Part shown: in pieces, positions 37,622 through 51,136 of the stretch | Layout: each line of letters begins with the position of its first letter | Numbering within the stretch: position 1 is the stretch's first letter | Assembly: GCA_016748015.1 (NCBI GenBank) | Contig: JAAOMT010000112.1 | Span: forward strand, 1,561 to 65,560 | Direction: 5' to 3' | Source: Geosiphon pyriformis uo1 | Lineage: Eukaryota > Fungi > Glomeromycota | DNA: 64,000 nt | The notes under the pieces: model-generated | What the model was told of the DNA's origin: nothing | What the model saw: the letters and a program-made list of their open reading frames with translations, nothing else | Databases searched by the model: none | Position numbers and translations under genes: made by a program

Positions 37622-38374
37622 ACAACCAGTTAATTTCTTGAGATCAGTGTTTACCAAAATATTTGCCACTCTTGCTTTTTTTGTAGCCTGTGCCAAACTA
37701 AATTCAGAAGTAAAGGAAGCATAAATGATTCCTGAGAATTTTAAGGGGGTAGAGGCCTCGCCAAAACCATTAACTTTTGAAAACAATCTTCTAATGACCA
37801 TCAGCTTCTCTTGAGAAGATTTTCCAACCACTTTATTCAAGCTGATATCTAAAGTGAAAGATTTCCTAACAGAAATAGTAACCAAATTCTTCAAGGGAGA
37901 GGGAAGTTCTAAGATAACATTCAAGAGAATATTATCATTATCATCACTATGACTTAAGAAATCTATTCTCCCCAATGGCTTGCCCAAAACTTTTTTAGTT
38001 TTAACATCTGGCCTTTTAGGCATCTGATCATAATCTTCATTAACAATAGCCTCACTCTTACCATAGTCAAAGCTAGTTTTCTCTACTAGACATTTTTCCT
38101 CCATATCAATACTTTCAGACTTGGTGGTGTCATCAGTCTTAGAACCCCATAAACAATCACTTGGCACCTTAGTTAGAACTCCCTTTTTACCAACACCCTC
38201 TTCCAAAGCAACACTTTTTTTCTTTTTCCTTGACAAAACAAGCCTGAAACCTCTACCTAAACCAGAATCTTTAGCAATCTTTTTCATGATGGTAATACTA
38301 GGGCCAACAGTGGCCTTAAAATCAAAAAACGGTTTGGTTTTATCGTACTGAATGTTGAAAAAAACTTTTTTCAA
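37622..38374 (-). pseudogene. LINE D ORF1, 5' part
   Basis: Track ORF 37610-38374: KSFTLDI..FSKVNGFGEASTPLKFSGII..VNTDLKK; resumes at 27419. Confidence 0.85.
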
Positions 38375-38430
38375 AAAAACTTTTGACTTTTTTTGGGAAT
38401 TTTGGAATGAACGAGAGAAAAAAGTTTTTT

Positions 38431-38990
38431 TAAAATTAATAATTATAATAATCAGATTATATAATATCTTAAATTATATAATATTTAAAATATTTAATAA
38501 TTTAACAAAATATTCAATAATTTATAAAAATAACTTATAGTTTGCCAAAATATATTTTTAATTTGTTAAAATATTACCAAAAAAATGTTAAATTATAAAA
38601 TAGTATTATAACAGATTATATAAAAAAAAGCTTCTTTTTTAAAAAAAAAAATTATTTTGAATTAATAGTCTTAATTTAAAATTATTTTTTTAATAAACAT
38701 TTAATTATTATAAATAAATTTAATAAAATCTACTTTAATAACCAAATTTTTTTCTATTTATTATTGTTTAAAATTTCTAATTATAATTAATTTTATTAAT
38801 TATATAATTTTTATTTTTTTTAATTTTAAAAAAAAAAATTTTATATTATTAAATAATCTATAATTAAAACTTTCTATAAAAAAATTAACTTTAACAGTAA
38901 AATAACTACATATTATTAAGAAGCTTATATAAAAATTTTTTTGTAAAAGAATTAACTTTTATCACAAAATAACTATATAAATAATTAATA
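38431..38990. repeat. Hypermutated partial family-2 LTR
   Basis: Colinear with ~19210-19865 after C>T/G>A conversion (e.g. AAATAACTTATAG, AAAATAACTACATA). Confidence 0.65.
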
Positions 38991-39959
38991 TTGTTACAAA
39001 TATATTTGATAAGATATAATTATAATAATTAACATTTATGATTTAATATTAAAAGCAGAATAATTTTTAGATAAATTGGTTTTGTTAATAAAATAGATTA
39101 TTAGTTTCTAAAAAATTTTTTGTTTAATGTTTTTTTTGTTAAATTTTTTTGCTATAAGACACACAAATATTGTTTTATTAATTGTGCTTATTATAGTTGT
39201 TTTTTTTTAAGTTAGTTAAACACAGTTATTAAGATTTAATATTTTTTTGTCTTTTTAATAAGCTAACAAAATAAAGTTATATCCAAATTTAAAAAAAGCT
39301 TCTTTCTTTTACCAAGTTATTATAAAATCTAATATTAAGACAGTCGATTTTTAATGTTGTTATTTTACAAGAAAAAAAAATTAATCTTTTATTAATTATC
39401 ATAATTAAGAATAATTGGTCTAAGTTATTAAAATTTTGAAAACATTTATGCTAATTACATTTGGCTTAAAATAAAGATAAATAAAACCAATTAATTAGAT
39501 TTTAATAATTAAAGTATTAAAATCATAGATTTGTAGATTAAACAATAATATTTTATTTGGTAAATTTGAAATATTAAAGATAAAAAAAAAATTTTAAGAC
39601 TAAAATAAGATAAGAATATTAATTTTATTTTTATATAATTTGTTTTTTTTATTTGTTAAAACTATTTATTTTTATACATATTTTTTAGTTCTATAAAATT
39701 GTTTTTAATTGCTTGTTATTATTAATTATTACTTACTGTTTTAGCTATTGCTTTATTTTTTTTATTATAACTAATTATTTTATATTATTCTGTTTTATTT
39801 TGTATTATTGTGTATTATTTTATACTCTTTTATATTATTTTATGTTATTGTATATTATTTTGTATTATTTTATATTATTTCACATTTTTATGTAATTATT
39901 ACGTTTTTTAACAGTTTTAAATCGGTTTTTCTATTTGAATAATACCAGTTAACTCAATT

Positions 39960-40210
39960 ATTGTAAATATTGTCAAAGAATTTAAAAAATTTATTATATA
40001 TTTTGATTTTTTTTAAGCTATTTTTCAAATGCTTTCAACTTACAAAATTATATGTTTTGCACATATTTTATAAAACCAACCAAAATTTGCAATTTTTTTT
40101 AAAGTATTCTCTATTACTAATTTAATTATAAATATAAAAGATTGTGTCATCATATTTTTTAATACTAAAAAATTATTATTATAAAGAACATTAAATTTAC
40201 TGCTATTATT
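39960..40210 (-). pseudogene. Hypermutated LINE RT fragment
   Basis: SKFNVLYNNNFLVLKNMMTQSFIFIIKLVIENTLKK aligns with SKFDVLQGDNFLVLKGMSTQFPVFAVGLVIEDAIKK. Confidence 0.7.
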
Positions 40211-41078
40211 CATAAAAAAGAAACATAAGAAATAATAGTAGCATAAAATAGCTAATAACAAAATAGAAAATTATTAGAATATATAATACCAAAAATTTTA
40301 AAAATACCAATAAAGATTTTAAACATTTCAAAAATTTCAAAAATTGCAAGAAAACCAATAAAAATATCAAGAATTCTAATAATAACTTAAAATAATTGTA
40401 AAAATTTAAGAATTTTATATTACAAAAATTTATGTATATATAACAGAAATAATAAAAATCAAAAAAACATTAGTTTATTAATTAATTATTAAAAATAAAA
40501 CAACAGACAAGTTCACTTTAAAATCAGTCTAATTATTTTTATTTTATTAACAACTATAAATTAAATAAACTATTTAATAAAAATCTTTATTTTATTTATT
40601 TATTAATAAATTTAAGAATATTATATTGAAATTTAATATTTAAAAATTAGTGTAATATTTTTGTTTAATTACTTTAATCTAACAGTAAATTTGATTAAAT
40701 TAAGTAAAATATTAAGTAATAATTTTATTTGTATTTTGTTTAATATTATTAAAATTTATTTTAAAGCTGTATTATAATATTTAGATTACTAAAATATTTT
40801 AATAACATATTTTTAAATTGGACAAAACTTATAAATTTTGTATTTAAATTTTAATATTATAAATTAAAAGTGCTTTTTAAAAAAAATTAAAATTAAAATT
40901 ACTTTTTTTTTATTTTAATTATTTATTTGAATAGATTTTATTTATTTTTTTATTAACACATTTAATAAGTGTAGCTCAATTGCTATCTAGTACATAGAAC
41001 CAAACTAAGAGGCTCAAACTAAACATGACTCATGCACTTTTTACATGTGGCTAGCTACTCAGGCCAGACAAGACAACA

Positions 41079-44000
41079 CTACACATCTATAATTACCCGC
41101 ACACTGCCACCCAGACTGAAAAAGAAACAATAAGGCTTCCGACGACCAAAGCTAACAGCAAAAGAATTGGCCACACCAAGCAATCTCACAACACCATCAG
41201 ACAAAACCGAAGACACACCACAAGGGAGCCCAGAAACAACACCAATGTCACAGACCAGACCAGCCTTTTCCATCACCACCCAGTGACTGGCCCTAACTAA
41301 CCATACTTTAGCATGATGCAACCCAACAACAAACCTGACAAAATTAACAATCTGAGCAGCGGCCATCTTTCTATCTTTAAAAACACCACAAGCCTCCTTA
41401 TACCACTCCTCCAGCACAAACCCTTTGCACACCAAAGTGTACAGCCCAACATCAATAGAACATTGAGACAAAACTCACAACACAGCAGAAGCAAAGGAAC
41501 CACCAGCCAAAGCTGACCAATGGGCAGAAGCCTCCACCAAAATCTCACCACGGACATCAGACTCATGAACACAAGTAAAAGCGTGGTCAGAGAACTCCAC
41601 CTTACCGCAAAACAAACACAATACACTAGGGTAGCACTTATCATACAACTTTTTTCTTACCGCCACCGGCAACCTTCTGTGTACAGCCTTCATAACATAA
41701 GTGCAAAGCAATGAGGATGCACGGCTAGTAAACCCAGCAAGCATATGAGAATCAGGATGCCACACCTCTGCCGTGACAACCCAGTTTATGCAACCAATCA
41801 TTGCATCCGGAACCACATCACAACCAGGCCCAGCTTCCCAACGAGCACAACAAATTGATCGAAAAATATTTCTGACAAAATGATGGGCATTACCAGAAAC
41901 AGCAACACCCTCAGCAACCAAACAATGTTCACGCACATTGGCACAAAGGGAAAAGGGAAACCCAGAGGCAGCCCCAGCAGCCAAGTCAGCTTTTACATTA
42001 CCAGGAATCCCAGAGTGTTCTTTCACCTTAACCCAACTCACGCTAAGATCCTTATTCCTAACCAAATTGAAAATATGACACCTTTCCAGCCAGCATTGAT
42101 TACGGAAATCAGGGGCAACCAAGGACATCTCAGAAACACATGCGTCAATGGCAGCCTGGCTGTCAAGACGTAGCACCACAGTACTAAAAGAAAGAACACA
42201 CTCCAAAGCCAAAGTAACAGCCTATAATTCAGCCATAGTAGATGACAAAAGGCCACGAACAGCGACACTAATGCTTTTATCCAAGACCGGAAAGTATGCA
42301 ACAGCACCACAGACAACCTCAACAGAGCCTACATTCCTCAAAGACCCATCCGTAAAAACCTCAAAAAAGCCTGACCAAACATCATACATCACATCTTTTA
42401 CTGCAGAAAATTCCTCAGACCCCAAAATGTCCAAACCAAGCTTTTCTGCAGAGCCAATAGAACCAGAAAATGAGTAACCCTGACCTCTCAAAAACTCAGA
42501 AGAAACCATAAACCAGTGAGGCACAGGGCCATGCAGATCCAACTTTTTCCAATGACAAAAAGTTTTCCAATTCAACAAAATGCCCTTCTTATCAAAAAGC
42601 CGATCACCAAAAGTGACACCAAAACATTTAAGAGATTTGACTGAATCAAAATACAGAGACTTTCCAAGAACAGAGAACAATGGAAACCGACCAGGACTAC
42701 AAAATGCAGTGGGGAGGTTGTTCACCAAAGCAAGCTCATTGTCTAGAAAGATCTTCACCATCCCAGCCAAAAAATTGTTTACTGGACTAACATGCAACCT
42801 GACCGGAAACTGCAAAGGATCCAAAGGAGCCCAATCAAGAACCTGAAGGTTCAAAAACCTATGTCTAAACAAATGCCCAAGAATACCATAGGCATTAGAG
42901 AACGCCATTAAAGCAGCAACCTTCCCTTCTGACTGCACCTGCTCAAAAGGTTTTAGGCCATACAATGAGGGATGATGCAAAGCAGCATCTGGAAAATCAT
43001 GGGGAAAACAAGCCTTGGACCTAAGACCCTTTTTAACCAAGACATCCCACTTGCAACAAACATTAGATGAGACAAAACTGAACTGAATATAATAGGCAAC
43101 AATAGGCTGCAAAACAGCCAACACCAGATAGGAGAACTGTTTGTCTGTAATAGCCTTCCTAAGCACAACATTAACGAAGAAACGTACATCTGCATGAGCC
43201 TTGGTGACACTCGGCTTGGAGAGCCCTTCAGTTGACAGAAAAATACCCAGATACTGATGTGCTTCCCCTTTCTTGGCAATAGAAATTGGCTGACCACAAA
43301 TGTCTAGTGAAGCAACTTTAACACCCTAATTGATGGGAATAGCTACCGTCTTCTCACTATTAATAGAAATATCATTGATCACAAAAAATTCACTGGCAAT
43401 GTTCAGAGCATATTGAGTAGAAGCTTAACAATTTTCAACCCAGATTGTATCATCAACAAATGCACCAGCTGAAAAATATGATGTCAAACTGCCACCGCTC
43501 TCAATTCTGCCAGATTTTGAAACAAACTTAGTATCAATCCGGTACCCACACAATTGTTCGTGCCTCTTAACCTCACACAAAAGCGAATCGTAAAAAATTC
43601 TCCAAAAAAGTGGCGAAAAGACCTCACCCTGATTCAGCCCATCATGTACCTTATAACCACCAGACAAACCAAAGTCAGTCATTACCCTATTAACTCTATC
43701 CTCATAAATACCACCAAAAAACCTTATGAACCTCTTACACATCTTGACACGCCGCAAACTAGCTCTTAAATGGTGCCACCCAACTGAATCATAAGCTTTC
43801 TGCATATCTTGCAAGACCAACCATAACTCCCTATCCTTCTTAATGGCATCCTCAATCACCAATCCAACAGCAAACACTGGAAATTGGGTAGACATACCCT
43901 TCAGCACCAAAAAGTTGTCACCCTGAAGAACATCAAACTTGCTACAAGCCATTAAAATACGATCAGACAGAATCTTAGAAAGAATCTTTCTGGCTGTCTC

Positions 44001-46241
44001 AATCAAAGCAATGGGCCGAGTGTTTATAAGAACTCCATCCCAGTCATAAGGCTTAGGAATTATTGACACCCAAGCCCTCTTCCACAAAACAGACACCACA
44101 CCAACAGACAAACATTTATTAAACAGCGCCAACAGGCACCCCAAAACCATCTCACTACCATGTTTCCACAACTCATTAGGAACACCAGACAAACCAGCAG
44201 CCTTGCCATCAGAAAGACCACCAACAACGGAGAGTAATTCGCCCATACTGATTGCACTCATAACACCCGAAAAAGCATCATCCCGAACATGGTCCAAAGG
44301 CATGTACTGACAAGTCCAAAGACCAGGAAGCACTGACTGCACGGAGCGTTTCCTCATTCACCCCTTCATTATTCTATCCACACTGGACTTCACCTCTTCA
44401 GACAACAAAACCAGATCATCGTCAACTATCAAGTGATCCAACACGATCTTACAAAAAGGCTTTTCCAACACACTCCTGATCATATTACCCTTATCTGAAC
44501 AGAAATTATCCATGCACTTCTCAATCACCTTCCTAACTGAAGCTTCCTCAGCCAACCTTGATTCAAACATTTTTGATCTCCTGTAATCTCTGCGAACCAA
44601 TGACAAATGTCTAACAACAACATCAGATTTAACACCCGAGCCCACCAAGTCCTTGAAAACACGAGCCTTCGCGTCATCCAGAGTCAACCATTTACTCACA
44701 AGATGATCAGCACCCAGCAAGTCACCAGAGCAAAATTTTTTGACAATCTTGGCCACCAACAANNNNNNNNNNNNNNNNNNNNACTGACGAGCCCAAAGAC
44801 CAGGAAGCACTAACTGCACGGAGCGTTTCCTCGTCCACCCCTCCATTATTCTATCCACACTGGACTTCACCTCTTCAGACAACAAAACCAGATCATCGTC
44901 AACTATCAAGTGATCCAACACGATCTTACAAAAAGGCTTTTCCAACACACTCCTGATCATATTACCCTTATCTGAACAGAAATTATCCATGCACTTCTCA
45001 ATCACCTTCCTAACTGAAGCTTCCTCAGCCAACCTTGATTCAAACATTTTTGATCTCCTGTAATCTCTGCGAACCAATGACAAATGTCTAACAACAACAT
45101 CAGATTTAACACCCGAGCCCACCAAGTCCTTGAAAACACGAGCCTTCGCGTCATCCAGAGTCAACCATTTACTCACAAGATGATCAGCACCCAGCAAGTC
45201 ACCAGAGCAAAATTTTTTGACAATCTTGGCCACCAACAATTCCAGACCAAAAAACCTAGAAGAATGTTTGTTTCTCGAACACTCGAATTCACTAAACCAA
45301 TGCCTTGAAAATGTCATATCAGCAGAATCCACCACAGTCCCCACCAAAACTGCTCACATTGCATCCACATTACCACATATTTCGGCACCAGAGAACACCT
45401 CACCCAAAGACAAAAGTTTAGCTGATGAGAAATCCTTAAACTTAGCTCATCCAACACAGTCAGCATTCTTGATTTTGAACTTCCAATGATCTTTATTCGC
45501 CTGCTTGCGCAAACTATTCAATTGTACATCTAGAAGCCCACCCAAACTGACTGAAACCACAACTGCCTTGTGATTGGTGTCAAAGAAATCCGAAACAGAG
45601 ACAACTTGATAATCAGCAACAGCAGAAGACAAATTACCACCAACAAAAATGTAATCAATCATTTTCCCAACCCCTCTCGAATTGCTCCATGTATAAAAAT
45701 TAGCCAAATGATGACCAACAAATGAATTGACCAAACCCAAACTCAAACAAAACTTGAAACTAGCACTTCTACCAGATCCATTCTCATTAAAGTCTCCACC
45801 CAAGATAACAAAATTGCTGGAGTTGACTGCCTTTGCAATGAGAGAGTTAACTTCAGAAGCCTGACCAAATCTAGCCCCAGAGGAGGCACCAGCATACAAC
45901 CCCAAAACAGTAACCGAGAGCTTGCCCTTAAACAGGAGCCGAACAGAGACAACCTGACCAGGAATTTTTTCCACCTTAGATACATGACGGGCCAAAGAAA
46001 CGTTCATAATAATTGCAACCCCAGCACCCATAAAACCTTTATCCAAGCCAGAAGAAAATATTCGCACTCCATCAAATTTGTCCTTTATCTATGGTCCAGA
46101 AGAGGACCTCAACTTAGTCTCAGTGATGAAAAAAACCATATTCCCCAAGTTCACATGCCAACAAATAACATCTGCTTGCTTTGCAGAAACATTGATACCC
46201 CGAACATTGCACGTAGCAAATTTCCAAACCAAACTACTCAT
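41079..46241 (-). pseudogene. LINE E ORF2: APE-RT-RNase H-Zn finger
   Basis: CNVRG, GGDFNE, RPIALIE, DMQKAYD, QGEVFSP, AFVDD, FTDGS, WVKVKEHSG..GN..AD, CLFC..DHAFTC. Confidence 0.92.
44763..44782. other. Assembly gap (20 N) flanked by a 457-bp direct duplication (44306-44762 / 44783-45239)
   Basis: The copies are identical except 6 transitions in the first ~65 bp. Confidence 0.9.
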
Positions 46242-48193
46242 TAAGATGGAGGAAAAGCCAATGAACCTGATCCAGAACACAGATGATTCAATCTATCTAA
46301 AACTGAGCAAACTGAAGCCTCAAGAGCCACCATATTCGACTCCAAACTGCCAATCTTGGCAGTCAAAACCCTAGAACTGCTCGGACTGAAATCAACAATC
46401 AACTCACCAACATTGGGAGGAAAAGAGACAGACGATAACAATATACTATCTAAAGCCAAACCTGAGTCCATATCTGAAACAATGGCAGTTGGAGACACCA
46501 AAGGAAGAGCTGAGAAAGAGGGTGCCAATGACACCAAGTCGACGAAACTTAATTTCTTTAAAATGAGTAACACTTGGTCCAAGAGAATTTCCATGGAGCA
46601 TTCCAGCACAGCTAGACAACCACCTAGATCAGCAGCACCAGATGAGGAGGAATCCATTAAAAAAGCCTTCGAACCAGATATTGAACCAACACCAGAAGCA
46701 CTTGAAGAGACAACACGAGAGGGAGAGCTGCCTGCCACTTGGGCCCATGTCTTTCCACCAAAAAAAACTGGGCGGACAATTGGTGCCTGTTTCTTCCTAT
46801 AAATATTGGCCAGCCGTACCCTATCCTGAGAAGTCGCTGCATGTTTCCCATGACCTCCAGACCCCCTATTCACAGAGCAATCAACAGCAGTATGACCAAA
46901 CAGTTTGCAATGAGCACAACTGGCCAAAGAAAGACCAGCCCAACGCAAGCCCACACTTTTGAAAACTGGAACCGAACCAATAGCAGCCAACTTGGATGCC
47001 TCACTTTCAAAACAAACCACAGCACACTGATTATGAACATATGAAGTTGGATTATGGCCTATAAAACAAGTTTTCCCACCATAAGCCTTCGACAAATCAT
47101 GAGTGGTCGTGCCAACTGGAAGAGTGTAAAGCAATGCCCGATGCTGATCCCTAGATACTCACGTTTGTTTATCAACACATGCTTTTGCCACACGAACAGA
47201 ATCTTTCCCCATGAGCACAGACCATCTAGCCACGACCAAATCAGCTATCTCAGATAATTCATATTCCACTAGGGCCTTTTGCCAAAAACCAATAAGCTGC
47301 ACTTTAATTGAAATAATCTTGCCAAACTTGAAAAACACTGCCTCAATCACCAATTTGGGAAGATCTACTGGGATTTCCTTGGCGATCACTTCCTGATCTG
47401 AACAGCTGTTTACTTTTCTTAGATTATCATTTATTAAAAATTTTTTACTGATTACTATTTCCCTTGCCTTAATCAAACTTTTTTCAGATGTAAATGATGA
47501 CCTTATTATTCCAGGAAATTTTGAGGAAGTCAAAGCCCCCCCAAAACCATCAACTTGATAAAAAATCTTTTTCACACAAATCAACTTATCACTAATAGTT
47601 TTCCCAGGAACAGCAGAAAGTTCAATATCCAATGCAAAAGATTTCACCAAAATAAAATTCCGAATCTCTCGATCATGTTATGCGACTGGCAGCAACTGAT
47701 TGGATCCATTGAACATGTGAGAAGGGAGCTCCAAAACATCACCAGTACCACCCACATCAACGAAAGAAGGCTGCTTAGGCAGGTGATCAAATACGTACGT
47801 TCTCGTTCTCAAACTCTTTGGCGTAGCATTATCCATTAGTTCGTCATCCCCAGAAGCATCGGAATTGACGTAGCTCATTTCTTCCACAATCGTGTTTTTC
47901 ATGTTCTTAACGTCAGAAGTCCCGCCAATACTTGATTCCTCGCTATCCATTTCGCTACCCCAAGATTTCTTCCGGTCATCAACGCCACCATGTAGCATGT
48001 CCACAGGCAGAGAGCCAGCTGACAAATTCACAACAACACCAGAATCATCAGGTTTCTTCACTTTCTTGTAAGACGGACCACAAGCGTAAACACTCTCAAT
48101 GCGCGTCTTTTTTTTAGTGCCAGAATGGGTCCCCACACTAGCCAAACCAGATGCTGACCCACCAGCAGAAGAGCCTACTGGATCTATTGTCAC
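46241..48193 (-). pseudogene. LINE E ORF1
   Basis: Fragments 47678-48193, 47159-47650, 46241-47134; CAHCKLFGHTAVDC; close to LINE B ORF1. Confidence 0.88.
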
Positions 48194-48435
48194 GAACAGA
48201 GGTGTATGTAAAGAAATAACTAAAGAGAACAGAAGGGAATAAGGGAAAAGGAAAATATTTCTTTGACTACTCTATGCTCTTGTTGTGGTTAGGGGATTAA
48301 CGAAAGAAAAAAGTTTTTGAATAGATTTTTGTGTTTTATTAACTATATATATATGTTTATTTTTTTTTCCTAAAAAGTTTGTCAATTATATATATATAAG
48401 ATGAATATTTTATCAATATTTTTTTTAATAATATT

Positions 48436-48960
48436 ATTATTAGGAGAAATTCAAGTTATTAATTAACATAAAATTATTTTTATAATTTTTATTATTAATT
48501 AGCATATATTATAATTTTAAATTATTATTTATTATTATATTAAATTAACTAAATTATTATTTAATTCATAATTTAATTTATATAGAATACAAATATAACT
48601 AAATTATAATAATCAAATTATAAATTGATTAACTACTAATTTTAATAACTTTTAGAATCTCTAAGTTTAAATTTGAAACAATTTTTTTAAACTTATTTTT
48701 ATTTATTTTTTTATTTTTATTTTATTTTATTTATATTAGATAACTTATAATTAAAATTTCTTAAAAAAAATTGACTTTATAAAAAAATAATTACATATTA
48801 ATTAAAAAGCTTACAAATAAAGAATTTTTGTAAAAGAGTTAACTTTTATTATAAAGTAACTATATAAAATAATTAACATAAAATTGGTCATTTATTATAA
48901 GTTTATTAGTATATATAATCTAAAATATAAAGAAATATTTTAAAAGAAAAATTAATTTAT
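48436..48960. repeat. Hypermutated family-2 LTR with internal deletion
   Basis: TTATAATTTTTATTATTAATTAGCAT and downstream blocks are colinear with 19057-19930. Confidence 0.65.
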
Positions 48961-51136
48961 TAAGAATTTATTAACTTTTATCAATATTAAAATTAATAGC
49001 AAAATAGCATTAATAATAACAAAAAAAAAGATAAAAAACTTTTGATAACAGTAAAATTAATGATTTAAAAAAAGATAAAAGAATATTTTTTTGAATATTT
49101 TTAAAGATAATTTTTTTTATATTTAAATTTTTTTTTGGTTATGAATTTTTTGGTTTTCGAACTGGTTTTTTGTTTTAATAATTGGTTTTATAACTGGTTT
49201 TGTTTCTGGTTTTTTTATAAGTTTTTTTAGATTTTAATTCAAATTCTTTTTTATAATTTTCAAACTTTGTTTCAAATTTAAGTTAAAAAAAAACTTTTAG
49301 AATAATAACAAGTATTTATTTATAATTAGTATATTTTTCTAATTATATTGTTTAAGCTTTTCAATATAATTAAAAGTTTTCAGTATTTATAAAGTTAATT
49401 TGAATAATAATATGTTTTTTAATAAAATTTAAATCTTATTTTTTGCCAAAAAATAATAAAATTTGTTTTCTAATAAATAAATATATTGTTTTTTTACTAA
49501 TTACATAATAGTTTTTTGGGTGTTTGAATAAATGTTCTTAATTTTTGCTGGTTTTTTTTATGATTAATTTTTGGATTTTTATTAATATATTTTTTGGTGT
49601 TTTTTGTAAATATTAAGTAATTTTTATTAATGTATTATTTAATTTTATAATAAATTTATTGTAATATTAATATAATAAATAAGAGTGTTTTTAGTTAAAC
49701 AATACTTTTTTAATAATTTAAAGTTACTTTATTATTATAAATAAAAAGCATAACAAAATTTAATAATAATAAAATTAAAAGTTTTTGTTATTACTTTGGG
49801 TTTTTTTTTCTTAACAATAAACTATTACTAATTATTATTATTTTTAATTTTTTTTCTTATAAAATTTACCAAATATTATGAAAATATTTTTATTTTGATT
49901 ATAATTAGTTTCTTATAAATTTTTTAATTTTATTTATATAATAATAATAATAATAATAATAATATAATACTTAATACTTTTTTGTTAATATTACAATATA
50001 AATTATTTTTTAAATTTTGATTATTATGTGTATTTATATATTCTTTTTTAAAAACTAATCTAAAATTTATTTGCTGTTAATAAAGTTTTTTTTGAGACTA
50101 TTTTTGCAATTGTTTAAAGTGTTTTTTTAATCTAAAAACATAAAATATTAATAGTCTTTAATATTTTTTTAATTTTAATAATAAAACTTTTATTAATTAT
50201 TAACAATATGAATAATTTTGATTAAAAATTACTCTTCTAAAAAATTTATTTAATTTTTAATAATTAAATAACACAAATAAGTTTTCTAATATTTTTAATT
50301 ATAATAATTAGTTTTTAATATTATTTTTTATTTTTTTTGATTAAATTTTTTTTAGATATTTATTTAAAAATAAAGATTAAATAATAATTAAAATAGAAAA
50401 TTAAATTGTTGTTTTTTTTAATATTAAAATTATTATATATATATATGTTTGTAGTTTTATAAAAAAACATATTATAATTTTTTTTTTATATTTTAATATA
50501 ATATTTATTGTTATTACAAAATAGTAATTGTTATTAATATTATTTAGTAATTATTATTATATTAATTATTTTTTTAAGATTATTATTGTGTTATATTATA
50601 ATTAAATAATTTATTTTATTTTATAACTCTTTACTAAATTTTTAAATTATAATAATATTTAAAAATACTATTATTATTATTATTAAAATACTTTTTGTGT
50701 TTTTAATAAAATATTTTGTTATATTAAAATTTGCTAATATTTAATATGCTGTTATGTATTTTAGTTTTTTAATACAATTATAATTATTAATCAGTTTTAA
50801 TAATAAAAAATAATATTAGAATTTTTTTTATTTAAAATAAAATTATTATTTTTTAAACAATTTTTTTTCAGATTATACTGTTTTTAAAATTAGTAAATTG
50901 GTTTTTTAGATCTGTAATTATATTTGTTTTATTTTTTATTTTCTTAATTCTGTTAAATAATTAAAATATATAATTGTTATTTTCAGTTTTAAAAAAAACT
51001 AAAATTCAAAAATAAAAAATTTCTTTTTCTCTTACCTCTAAATAATCTTCAAAGAGTGCACTTTCTGAAAAAGAAGTTTTTTATTTTTTCTTGTTAAGTT
51101 TATATTAACATTTCTTTACCTAATAATCCCTTTGTC

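Larger units (their letters stand above)
21470..38430 (-). mobile_element. LINE D, full length, split by the Gypsy insertion 27420-37621
   Basis: PolyT 21470-21480, 3' UTR, ORF2 21603-26292, ORF1 26289-27419 plus 37622-38374, 5' motif 38413-38430. Confidence 0.92.
40945..48318 (-). mobile_element. LINE E, full length, least decayed copy; spans an assembly gap
   Basis: PolyT 40945-40951, 3' UTR, ORF2 41079-46241, ORF1 46241-48193, 5' motif 48301-48318; retains many CpG. Confidence 0.93.

Noticed and set aside
38352-39895. Low-complexity F/I/L/Y/K ORFs (38352-38540, 39713-39895; also 5487-5768 and 61202-61432)
   Set aside because: Chance frames in AT-saturated or non-coding DNA; 61202-61432 is not preserved as an ORF in the paralogous arm.
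40260-40620. Possible further decayed family-1-like LTR
   Set aside because: Only scattered motifs match (AATTGCAAG, TATATATAACAG); not alignable by eye.
44306-45239. Real 457-bp tandem duplication in LINE E ORF2
   Set aside because: It straddles a 20-N gap, and the few differences cluster at the contig end. Most likely an unmerged overlap or paralog collapse.
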